Shown here piece by piece: positions 9,157 to 19,504 of a stretch of 64,000 nucleotides of DNA. Each line of letters starts with the position of its first letter. Position 1 is the stretch's first letter. The notes beneath the pieces were generated by a model. That model was given only the letters and a program-made list of their open reading frames with translations. It was not told the origin of the DNA and searched no databases. The DNA comes from Dehalococcoidia bacterium (GTDB taxonomy: Bacteria; Chloroflexota; Dehalococcoidia; Lucifugimonadales; UBA3495). Location of the stretch: the NCBI GenBank assembly GCA_965220505.1, contig CBDCQE010000001.1:1411692-1475691 (forward strand), read 5' to 3'. Both the position numbers and the translations under genes were made by a program.

Positions 9157-9236
9157 TATAGTACGCGCCGAGTTACGGCGACGAGACACTGCCGAGGCTC
9201 GGGCCACCCGAATTGAACGCGAGGTAGATGACGATG
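9157..9236 (+). promoter_or_regulatory. Putative -10 (TATAGT), RBS (GAGGT) and start ATG of the giant surface-protein gene
   Basis: TATAGT 9157-9162; GAGGT 9221-9225; ATG 9234; no convincing -35 element. Confidence 0.45.
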
Positions 9237-12200
9237 AACAGCAGCGGCCTTCGCAACAGACGTTCTCGCCCCCTGATCCGCGGGGGGGGGGGGGGAAGAA
9301 AGCTCTAAGATGGCCCCTGCTGCCCCTGGCCGGCGTGCTGGCCCTGGCCCTGCTGGCGGTGTTCGTCGCCATGCCGGAGCGGACCGCGCGGGCCAACCAC
9401 AACCCCCCGGCGCCCACCAACCTCCAGTTGGATGGGGCTGTCACCGATACCGCGATCCGAATCAGGTGGAATGCCCCGTCGGATACGACCAACGTCTCCT
9501 GGTACCGCATGGACATTCGGACCAGCCCGTCCGGAAGCTGGGGCAAAGTCTTCTCGAAACAAGCTTCTTTTCCCCGCACCCACACCTTCACGGGACTTCA
9601 GAGCGGTACCGCCTACGACGCACGGGTTCGTTCATGCTATAGCGATAGCGTCAGTCACTGCGGCCAAGGCGTCCAGATTACCGCATCTACGGCCTCGGCT
9701 ACTTTCTCCATAGCCAACACACAAACTGCGGCGCAGGGACTAAACCAAAGTAACATCGACACGAATTACAGGTTGGCCTTGGCCGGCACCACAGTGTCCT
9801 GCTCCGGCTCCGGATTCACTGCTTGTAACAGCCACCTCGAAATCGTCACCAACCCGACGACGGCGGGGCTGAGCATCCTCCGATCCTTACCCGATGGTAA
9901 TGGGATCGCGGTAATAATCAACAAGGACAGCGACTTCGGCCCCTCGCAGGGCTTCACGGTGGCGCTCAAGCTCAAGGCCTCGGGCCACACCGGCACCTAC
10001 GACATCACCTCCAACGCGCTGAGCGTGACGGTCTTAAAACAGCCCGACTCGCCCACGAACCTGAGATTCACCAACACAGGCTCGCCCAACTCGGTCACGT
10101 TCCAGTGGGACCCGCCCAGCGACACCAGCGGCGGCAAGGTCGTGACGGGCTACGACTACCGCTACCGGGTGACCGATCCGGACCAGGGCGCCGGCGACAA
10201 CTGGACCTATCGCAACACCACCGTCACGAGCGCCAACGTCACCAACCTGATGCCGGCCACCGAGTACGACTTCTCGGTGCGCGCCAAGAACGCGCTCAAC
10301 TCGAGCGCTTACGCCACGGCTGTGACGCATACGACGGCCGTGGACCCGGCGGGGCCGCCGGGCAAGCCCACTAATCCGAGGGGAACCGCACTATCCTCCA
10401 CCGAGATCAGGTTCCAGTGGGACGCGCCCGCCGCCGGCTCGGGTGGAACGTTCGCCTATTACCAGTATGATGTCAAGCTCGCCACCGAGACAAGTTGGGG
10501 GGCGCCCTCTGGAGGAACCCCCAACATCAACACTCGAGAGTTTAGGCCCACTGCCCTGCACCCCGGCACGACCTACGAGTTCCGGGTGCGGGCGTGCAAG
10601 TCGAGCGCAGCGACCAATTGCGGCCCGTGGTCGGACACGGCCAGCGCGACGACGAACTACATCCAGCCGAACGCGCCGCCGAACTTCGCAGCCTCCGCGC
10701 TCAATAACAACAATAACGGCACCGACCGGCTGACCTGGGACCCGCCGACGAACACCGGGATCCAGAATTACCAGGTACAACGGCTACGGGACGGGCAAAC
10801 GACCTGGGAGCAAGCGGTCCAGCTTGCGGCCACGCAGACGCAATACGACTTCGCCAAGGCGTCCGGCACTTCGGGCAGCGCCTACCAATATCGCATGTGG
10901 GCGACGGCCGGCACCTTTGTCGGCGCTATTGCGCCGGCAGTCAAGGTCGCCGGGCAGCCGGGCCAGGTCAGCGACCTTACGGCGACGGCGTCCACCACGG
11001 CGGTGGCGGTGGACCTCGCGTGGACCGCGCCGTCCGACGGCGGCAAGGACCTGACCGGCTACTTGATCCAGTGGCGGGAGGACGAGACCGGCAACTGGAA
11101 TGCACCGCGCGGCGCCGATGGAAGTACGACGGCCCCCGCCGGCGCGACCAGCTTCACCGTCGATTCGAGCCACGGCTTGCAGACCGGCACCGTGTATGAC
11201 TTCCGCATCCGGGCGGACAACCCGGACCGCGGCAGCTTCTTCAGCAACACCGCCCAGGCGGACCAGGCGACGGTGAATATCGGCGCGTCGGTTACGGGCA
11301 CCAGTCCCACCACCCTCAAGGAGGGCAACCTGGACGGGGCGACGCTGACGGTGGACCTGGCCGGCGTGACGTATGCGTCCAGCATTGCCGCGAGCCAGTT
11401 CAGCGTGCGGCGGGCGTCCGACGACGCGGCGATTGCGGGGCTGAGCGTGGCCTCGGTGACGCGCGACGGCAGCAACACGGCGACGCTCACGCTGGCCTAC
11501 GCCTGGACCGACGCGGCGATGACGGCGGACACGGACATCGAGGTCGTGGTCCAGGCCGCCGCCCACTCCGGCGGCAGCGGCCTGGTGACCGGCCCGGTGT
11601 CGGTGGGGCATTTCGCCAGTACGACCGGTTCCCTGCCTTCGACCGCCACCGTGGACGAGGGGGACGACGGCAGCGTCGTGATTACGCTGACGGAGCCGGC
11701 GCCCGAGGCCATTACGATTGAATGGTGGACGGCCCCGGATACGGCTGCAGCGAATGTTGACTATACGCATGTGCCGCAAGCCAGCCCCAACGAGGTGGTC
11801 ATTCCGGCCGGCAGCACGACCAGCGGGCCCTTGCCGCTCTCCACCATCGAGGACACCCTCGACGAGGACGACGAGACGTTCTCCGTGACGGCGGGCTTCA
11901 AAGTGGGCACGCTGGGGAATCTGGCCGGCAAGGCGTTCTTAGATGTGCTGGCCTCACGAACCGTCGTCACCATCACCGACGACGACGACCCGCCGACGCT
12001 GTCGGTGAGTTTGCCCAGCGTCCTGGAGGGCGACAGCGGCACGACGGCGATGCCGTTCACGCTCACGCTCTCGGAGGTGAGCGGGCGGACGGTGACGGTC
12101 GGTTACCAGTTCGGCAACGTTCCCGCCGAATTCGGAGATCCGGTTGAGAACGATGACCTGGTGACCGGAACCGGTACAGTGTCCTTCGCGCCGGGTGAGA

Positions 12201-15200
12201 CGAGCAAGACCGTTACGACCGCCATCATGGTGAACGGGGACACTGTCGTCGAGCCGGACGAAGTCTTCGACCTTGTGTTGAATAGTCCAGGCGGAGGCGC
12301 AATCTTCGTCCGCGACAACTCGCGGCCCGAGTTCCGCGTGCCCTTCGACAGTAATGCCCAGCTCGTCGGCACCATCCGCAACGACGACATCCAGCCGACG
12401 GCCATCGACCTGAGCGTCAGCCCAACCAGCGTCGGCGAGGGGGTGGGCGCGGCCCAGGTCACGATCACCGCGTCCTTCCCGCCGGGCAGCGGCACGCTGG
12501 ATACGGCGACCGACGTAACGGTAGCGGTGGGCGCGGGCGCGGACAGCGCGACCGAGGGCACGGACTACCAGACCGTGGCCTCGGTTCCGATCAGGATCCG
12601 CGCCGGCAATGGGTCGGCGACGGCCACCTTCACCCTCACCCCGACGGACGACACGGCCTCGGAGGGCAACGAGAGCATCTCGATCACCGGCGCCGCGCCG
12701 GGTTTCACCGTCAATCCCGCCACCCTCACCCTGGCAGACAACGACCAGTCGGCGTCCATCTCCAGCCCGTCGTCCCTGACGGAGCGGGGGCTGAACGGGG
12801 CGCAGTTGACGGTGGACCTGGATGAGACGCAGTACGTCTCTTCCCTTGCGCCCAGCGATTTCGGCTTCCAGCCGCCAGGCGCCCTCCGCGATCTTTCCGT
12901 CGCATCGGTCAGCCGGAGGAGCAACACGCGCGCCGTCCTGACGCTGCGGTTCACCGGCGACATCGGCATGGACGTGCAGTTAAGTGTGGTAGTTGACGGC
13001 TCGGCGCATACCAGCAGCGGGTCGCTGACGACGGCTGCGGTCACGCTCACCCAGGCGCCGACGCCGGGTCGGGTTACGGGCTTGGGCGTGACGGGCGGGC
13101 CGGCGAGCCTGACGGTTAGGTGGAACACCGCCTCGAACGCCGACAGGTACAGCGTGTCGTATTGGCCGACGGACAGCCCGGGTGACATCGTCACCAGACG
13201 GGTTGATGGCGGGTCAACGTCCCGTACCAGCATCGGCGGGCTGGATGGCGACACCGAGTACTCGGTGCGAATGGTCGCCACCAGCAACTTTGCCCCCGAC
13301 GGAGCCGCGTCGGACACCGTCTCGGCGACCACGCTGCCGGGCCACGCCATCGTGTCGGCCACCGACCCGTCGCCGCTGACGGAACGCAACCTGGACGGCG
13401 CGACGCTGACGGTGGACCTGCTGCCCGACGTGTACGATCCGTGGGCGCCGCAGTTGGACCGCGCACGGGGATTTGACCGCGCACGGGTCACCGCATCCGG
13501 CGTGCCCGGCGTCACAATTGCCGACGTGACCCGGGTGTCGGACACGCGCATGGTGGTCACGCTGGCCTCCGACGACACCGATTTCGACACCGACCGCCGT
13601 CTTCGGGTGGAGTTCTACTCGGTCCACACCAGCATCGAGACGATCACGGCCGTGGCCGACGTCCAGGCGGTGGTGGAGGCTCCGCCGGGCCGGGTGCGGA
13701 ACGTGCGGGTAGTGGCCGAACCGCAGCGCATCAATGTGACCTGGGACCCGGTGGAGGGCGCCACGGGTTACCGGGTGGAGTGGAGTCCGGCGGCGTCCTA
13801 CGGCTCCTCCTTCCACAAGGAATGGCCCTGGCCCACCCGGTACAGCATGGGGGCGTTGCAGCCGGGCACGGAGTACACGGTGCGTGTGGTGGCGACCAAG
13901 GCGCGGGCGCCGGACGGGCAGCGGTCGGCCGGCGCCCGCGCAACCACGCCGGCGTTTGGCGCAATGCTGACCAGCACCGAGCCGTCGGAGTTGACGGAGG
14001 ACAACCTGAACCGGGCGCGTCTGACGGTGGACCTGATGGGCATCGAGTGGGTGCGCCAGGTGGAGGGCCGGTACTACCGGTTCCAGCTGGGCCGGGTCAA
14101 CGACTGCTCCGAGGCGGCGTACTACGACAACTGCCAGGACTTCATCGTGAACCGCAGCGTCGCGGTTGCCGGCGTGGAGCGGGTCTCCGGCTCGCGGGCG
14201 ATAGTCTCGCTGCGGGCGCGCAACGTGAACCTGGAAGGCAACGGCTTGTGGCTGCGCTTCCCCGACGATATGCACACGCATTACTACGGCGAGGAGGACT
14301 TCATCGTCCTGGAGGTCATCGCGCCCGGTGAGACTGGCCTCAACATGAGGGCCAGCGTCACGGTGGCCGCCGCCGACCCGGTGGCGGTCAACGAGGGCGG
14401 CTCCGCGGCAACCTACACGGTGGTGCTGGACGGCCAGCCGTCGGGCGACGTGACCATCGCGATGAGCAGCGACAACGGCGATGTCACGACGCAACCGGCC
14501 AGGCTCACCTTCACGCCGGACAATTGGGATACGGCGCAGACGGTCAGCGTCCGCGCCGGCCACGACGATGACGCGGCGGACGATGTCGCCACCGTGAGCC
14601 ACGCGGTGAGCGGGGCGCAGGGCTACGCCGGGATTGCGGTGGCGTCGGTGTCGGTCAGCGTAGCCGACGACGACACGGCCGGGGTAACGGTGACACCGAC
14701 CGAACTCAGCGTGAACGAGGGCGAGTCAGCCAGCTACACGGTGGTTCTGGACACGCAGCCCGTCGGCGACGTGGGCATCTTGGTGGTCGCCAGCACCGGC
14801 CTATCGGCGCAGCCGACTGAGTTGACCTTCACGCCCGACAACTGGCGGAACGCGCAGACCGTAACGGTCAGCGCCGCCCAGGACGACGATACGGATGACG
14901 GGACGGCCTGGATCATCCACTCTAGTGGGGCCGGTCCCGATTCCGGGTACGACAGCGTGCCGGTTGGCAACGTAATCGTGGACATAATCGACGACGACGA
15001 ACCGGCGACCCTGCCGGCCCAGCAGGAGCCGGAACCGGAACCCGGCACCGTAACGGTGAGCGCGGCCAGCCTCAGCGTCCGCGAGGGCGGCGACGGCGCG
15101 ACCTACACGGTGTCGCTGGACGTTGAGCCCACGGAGAACGTGGTAATCGCGGTGTCCAGCGACAACGGCGACGTGACCACGCAGCCGTCCAGCCTCACCT

Positions 15201-15979
15201 TCACCGCCGGCAACTGGCAGGCGGCTCAGACGGTAAGCGTCAGCGCCGGGCAGGACGACGATAAGGCGGACGACACGGCCACCCTCAGCCACGCGGCCAG
15301 CGGCGGCAACTACGATGGTGTTGCGGTGGCGTCCGTAGCCGTCAGCGTGACCGACGACGACAGCGACCGGGCGGTGCTGGAGGCGTTCTACGACGCCACG
15401 GGTGGCCATAGCTGGACCAACATCGGCAACTGGCTGAGCGACAAGCCGCTGAACCAGTGGCACGGCGTGACCGCCAACGGATCGGGGCAAGTGACTGGGC
15501 TGTCCCTGCGCGACAACGGCCTGAGCGGGTCCTTGCCCGCTGCGTTGGGCAACCTGGACAGTCTGCAAGTCCTGTCCCTGGACCGGAACAGCATCAGCGG
15601 GTCGCTGCCGTCAGAGTTGGGCAACCTGTCCAACCTGACCCGGCTGGCGATGAACCGCAACAGCCTCAGCGGCGCCATACCGTCGCAGTTGGGCAACCTG
15701 TCCAATTTGAGCATCATCGGCCTGGCGCGGAACAGCCTGAGCGGGTCGCTGCCCAACAGCCTGGGCAACCTGAGCGGGCTGACCAAGGTGTCGCTGCACG
15801 ACAACACGGGACTGAGCGGGGCGCTACCGTCGGGGTTCACCAACCTGGCGAACCTGCAACGGCTGGCCATCGCCAACACGGGGCTGTGTCTCCCGGACAC
15901 GCAGGCGTTCGACGACTGGCTGGCCGGCGTGCCCGACAAACCGGGGATCGACGGGCTGGCGGACTGCGCCTCGCCATAG
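9234..15979 (+). CDS. Giant secreted/surface protein: signal peptide, FN3 repeats, Calx-beta-like domains, unnamed repeats, C-terminal LRR; out of frame from ATG 9234 at G14
   Basis: KKALRWPLLPLAGVLALALLAVFVAMPERTARA signal; FN3 motifs (W..P, Y.VRVRA); EDTLDEDDETF and VEPDEVF Calx-beta-like motifs; 24-aa LGNLSNL..L.L..N.LSG.(L/I)P repeats after 15360. Confidence 0.85.
9282..9295 (+). repeat. G14 homopolymer in the signal-peptide-coding region (contingency-locus-like)
   Basis: 14 consecutive G between the RBS-preceded ATG 9234 and the hydrophobic segment. Confidence 0.9.
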
Positions 15980-16010
15980 ACACAGCAGAGCCACGGAGCC
16001 AGCCAACCAC

Positions 16011-16040
16011 GGAAGCGCGGACGTCACAGTCCGCGTTTCC
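16011..16040. terminator. 12-bp stem-loop after the surface-protein gene (terminator or REP-like)
   Basis: ggaagcgcggac-gtcaca-gtccgcgtttcc; no U-tract. Confidence 0.5.
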
Positions 16041-16179
16041 ATTGGCGGGGGAACGTCAGCAGCAGGATTTACGAAAGGGAGGTGCGCATGAGCGACCCGG
16101 CACGGCAGACCGGTTCGCCTCTGATAAAATGCCCGCGAATCCCCTACCCGAAGGGCGAGATTCCCAGGAGATGAGAGAG

Positions 16180-17115
16180 ATGGCGAAAGTTGGCTTTATT
16201 GGTCTCGGAACCATGGGCGCCAGCATGGCGTACAACTGCCTTCGCGGCGGCAACGATATGGTGGTCCACGACATCCGACGCGAGGCCGCGACCCAACACC
16301 TGGAAGCGGGAGCCCAATGGGCCGACAATCCCCGCGAGGTGGCCGAGGCCACCGACATTGTTTTCACATCCCTGCCCGGACCGGTGGAGGTGGAGGCGGT
16401 TTCGCTGGGCGAAGACGGGATCATGTCCGGCATGTCGGCGGGCAAGACCTACTTCGACCTGAGCACCAGTTCACCCACGCTGATCAGGCAGATCCACGAC
16501 CGCGTATCGACGCAGGGCATCAACGTGCTGGACGCTCCGGTGAGCGGCGGCCCGGCCGGCGCCGCCAGCGGCCGGCTGGCCATCTGGGTCGGCGGCGACA
16601 AGGCGGTGTTCGATCAGCACAAAGCAGTCCTAGACTCCATCGGCGATGCCGCCTACTACGTCGGTCCCATCGGCAGCGGCTCCGTTGCCAAGCTCGTGCA
16701 CAACTGCGCCGGCTATATCGTCCAGACCGCGCTGGCCGAGGTGTTCACCATGGGCATCAAGGCGGGCGTCGACCCGCTGGCGCTGTGGCTGGCCGTGCGC
16801 AAGGGCGCCGGCGGACGCCGGGGGATGTTCGAGGGGCTGGCCCAGCACTTCCTGATCAACGACTTTGATCCTCCGGATTTCGCGTTGCGGCTCGCGCGCA
16901 AGGACGTGGACCTGGCCGTAGCGGTCGGCCGCGAGTTCGATGTGCCCATGAAACTGGCCAACACCACGCTGGCGGAGATGACCGAGGCTATCAACCGGGG
17001 TTGGGCCGGCCGCGACTCTCGTGTAGCGATGCTGCTGCAGGAGGAACGGGCGGGCATCGAAGTCCACGTTGATCCCGAGGATTTGCGGCGGGCGTTGGAG
17101 GAGCAGGGCGGTTAA
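16180..17115 (+). CDS. NAD(P)-dependent oxidoreductase, 3-hydroxyisobutyrate/2-hydroxy-3-oxopropionate dehydrogenase family
   Basis: KVGFIGLGTMG, LDAPVSGG, GSGSVAKLVHN, F.LRLARKD; true start ATG 16180 behind AGGAG. Confidence 0.88.
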   Translation: MAKVGFIGLGTMGASMAYNCLRGGNDMVVHDIRREAATQHLEAGAQWADNPREVAEATDIVFTSLPGPVEVEAVSLGEDGIMSGMSAGKTYFDLSTSSPTLIRQIHDRVSTQGINVLDAPVSGGPAGAASGRLAIWVGGDKAVFDQHKAVLDSIGDAAYYVGPIGSGSVAKLVHNCAGYIVQTALAEVFTMGIKAGVDPLALWLAVRKGAGGRRGMFEGLAQHFLINDFDPPDFALRLARKDVDLAVAVGREFDVPMKLANTTLAEMTEAINRGWAGRDSRVAMLLQEERAGIEVHVDPEDLRRALEEQGG

Positions 17116-17142
17116 CGGCAACTCCCGCAAATGACAATCGCC

Positions 17143-17168
17143 GGCCGTCCTTCAGCAGAAGGACGGCC
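17143..17168. terminator. Hairpin between convergent genes
   Basis: ggccgtccttc-agca-gaaggacggcc perfect 11-bp stem. Confidence 0.6.
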
Positions 17169-17214
17169 ATTGCATTTCGACGGGCAAACAAGGGCCGGAG
17201 GCCGACAGGCCCGG

Positions 17215-18684
17215 TCAGTCAGCGGCCGCCTCCCAGCGCAACACGGGGCGGCGTGCGGCCGTCGCCTCATCGAGCCGCGAGACCGGCGTGGTGTGCGGAG
17301 CGTGTTGGACCAATTCGGGCTCGGCGGTCGCCTCGGAATCGATGATGCGCAGGGCGTCGATGAATGCGTCCAGCGTCTCCTTGGTTTCCGACTCCGTGGG
17401 CTCGATCATCAGGGCTTCGTGCACGATCAGCGGGAAGTACATGGTCGGAGCGTGGAAACCGTAGTCCAGGAGACGCTTGGCCACTTCCAAACCGCTGACC
17501 CCCCGCTCACGCTGGCGGTCGGCGGAGAAAACGACCTCGTGCATGCACGTGCGGTCGTAGGGCAACTCGTAGATGTCCTTGAGCGATTCCATGATGTAGT
17601 TGGCGTTGAGGACCGCGTTGCCACTGATGGAAAGCAGGCCGGCCGCGCCGAGGGTTCGGATGTAAGTGTATGCCCGGACCAGGACCCCGAAGTTGCCGTG
17701 GAATCCGCTGATCTTGCCGATACTGTGCTCCGGCTCCGAGAGGGCATATTCGCCGCCGTGGTTTACCGTCACCATCGGGGCGGCCAGATAGGGAGCAAGG
17801 TTCTCACCACAGCAGACGGGGCCGGCGCCCGGGCCGCCGCCACCGTGCGGTGTGCTGAAGGTCTTGTGCAGGTTCAGGTGGCAGACGTCGAAGCCCAGTT
17901 CGCCGAGCTTGGCCCGCCCAAGCAACGCGTTCATGTTCGCGCCGTCGCCGTAGACCAGGCCGCCGCAATCGTGGACGATCTGGCAGACCTCCAGGATGTT
18001 GGTGTCGAACAGGCCCAGGGTGCTGGGCAGCGTGATCATCACCCCGGCCAGGTCGTCGCTTGCAATCTCCCTCAAAGCTGCAAGATCCGTATTCCCGTCG
18101 GCATCGGACGGGATCGTCACCACGTCGAAGCCGGCCATCGCGGCCGATGCGGGGTTGGTGCCGTGGGCGCTGTCCGGGATGCCCATCTTGGTGCGGCCGG
18201 AGTCGCCGCGGGCCAGGTGGTACGCCCGCATCATCAGCACACCCCCCAGTTCGCCGTGGGCGCCGGCGAGGGTAGCCAGGCTGGTCGCCGCCATGCCGGT
18301 GACCTCGGTCAAGAAGTCCTGCAACCGATAGAGCAACTCCAACGCGCCCTGCGACTGTTCCGCCGGCTGCTGCGGGTGGATGCCGGCGAACCCGGGAAGG
18401 AACGCGATCTCATCGTTGATCTTGGGGTTGTACTTCATCGTGCACGACCCCAACGGATAAAAATGCGTATCGATGCTGAAGTTCAACTGGCTCAGGGAGG
18501 TGAAATACTGGACCACCTCGGGCTCCGATACCTCGGGTAATGGCAGATCGTCCCGCAGGTAGGCCGCATCCGGCAGGGGTGCAGGCGGAACATCAAGGCC
18601 CGGCGTGATCACTCCGACGCGGCCGGGCACGCTGCGGTCCATCAACAGGCTGGTGGTGTCTCGGTTGCCGCCTTTGTTCAACAT
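17215..18684 (-). CDS. gcvPB: Glycine dehydrogenase (decarboxylating) subunit 2
   Basis: YPLGSCTMKYNP, PDSAHGTNPASA, HLNLHKTFSTPHGGGGPG (PLP Lys), LMIEPTESE; ATG 18684 behind AGGAG. Confidence 0.95.
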   Translation of the reverse strand: MLNKGGNRDTTSLLMDRSVPGRVGVITPGLDVPPAPLPDAAYLRDDLPLPEVSEPEVVQYFTSLSQLNFSIDTHFYPLGSCTMKYNPKINDEIAFLPGFAGIHPQQPAEQSQGALELLYRLQDFLTEVTGMAATSLATLAGAHGELGGVLMMRAYHLARGDSGRTKMGIPDSAHGTNPASAAMAGFDVVTIPSDADGNTDLAALREIASDDLAGVMITLPSTLGLFDTNILEVCQIVHDCGGLVYGDGANMNALLGRAKLGELGFDVCHLNLHKTFSTPHGGGGPGAGPVCCGENLAPYLAAPMVTVNHGGEYALSEPEHSIGKISGFHGNFGVLVRAYTYIRTLGAAGLLSISGNAVLNANYIMESLKDIYELPYDRTCMHEVVFSADRQRERGVSGLEVAKRLLDYGFHAPTMYFPLIVHEALMIEPTESETKETLDAFIDALRIIDSEATAEPELVQHAPHTTPVSRLDEATAARRPVLRWEAAAD

Positions 18685-18803
18685 CGTCCGAAGTCTCCTG
18701 GTGTTCTCACGGTTACTGCCATCGCCCGCCCGGGTGATGTGGTCGCGGGCTGGAAACATAAATTCATTGATCGTTCAGTGTCTGATTGCCGCCGGGCCTG
18801 CCG

Positions 18804-19427
18804 TCACGACGATCGCTTCATCCAACGATTTACAAGGGGCACAATCCGGTAGGCTCGCGAACTCCACGCCAGGATGACCGCCACGACGACCAACGTGCTC
18901 GCTATGAAGGCCGGCGGGCCTCCCCAAGCAAACAGCCAAGTGGTTCCGAAAATCGCGAACAGCGCAGCCATGGCGATCATCCAGCAAACGGTGCGCCAAA
19001 GGATGCGCCGGTTAATTCTCCGGTCTGCTGCGCGTACGATCTCCTCCACCTCTTCCGGTGTCGCGTCGTCCCAACGGGCCATCTGAGCGTTCATGTGGCG
19101 GATCTGCCGCCGGACTGCGATGGACCCGCACACGAACATGCTGCAGGCAACGAAGGTCAGGGTCACGATGGATGCCAGGAACGCAATGTTGAACCACAAT
19201 GCGCCCGTGGGCAGCCAGGTGGTGAAACTGGCGAGTGCTGTCCGAACAATTACCAGGGCCAGCATGAGACCGGCAAGCCCGAATCCCACAGCGAACAGCG
19301 TGGGTTCCCTGACCCACAGGCCGAACCATTTGACGTATCCCTCGTGCTCCGACGAAGCATCTTCGTCTTCGAAGGGATCCGGGTAATGCCGCAGCCGTCT
19401 CAAATTGCGCAGGTTTCGGTCAATCAT
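18804..19427 (-). CDS. Hypothetical membrane protein (~4 TM) between gcvPA and gcvPB
   Basis: 207 aa with four hydrophobic segments; no recognised motif. Confidence 0.55.
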   Translation of the reverse strand: MIDRNLRNLRRLRHYPDPFEDEDASSEHEGYVKWFGLWVREPTLFAVGFGLAGLMLALVIVRTALASFTTWLPTGALWFNIAFLASIVTLTFVACSMFVCGSIAVRRQIRHMNAQMARWDDATPEEVEEIVRAADRRINRRILWRTVCWMIAMAALFAIFGTTWLFAWGGPPAFIASTLVVVAVILAWSSRAYRIVPLVNRWMKRSS

Positions 19428-19504
19428 GGCGGGTCGCTGTTATTGTGAAGGTGGCCCGATTACAACCGGTGGCTAGTCTTGGACGAGAGTCCGAAAGGGT
19501 CTGA

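Noticed and set aside
8942-9233. ORF-track N-terminal extension of the giant protein
   Set aside because: Runs through a palindromic repeat and the promoter region, with no RBS; the RBS-bearing ATG is at 9234
13457-13487. 18-bp-period duplication gaccgcgcacggg in the adhesin
   Set aside because: Only two in-frame copies; a minor indel scar, not an array
13214-14602. 462-aa minus-strand ORF inside the surface-protein gene, and the 15457-16179 extension of the dehydrogenase ORF
   Set aside because: Shadow or alternate frames of a well-supported gene
15540-15860. Regular 72-bp repeats resembling an array
   Set aside because: They encode LRRs; no spacer structure, not CRISPR
18780-19504. ATCAGAC at both sides of the gene inserted between gcvPA and gcvPB (possible target-site duplication)
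   Set aside because: A 7-mer is expected by chance over these intervals; no terminal repeats
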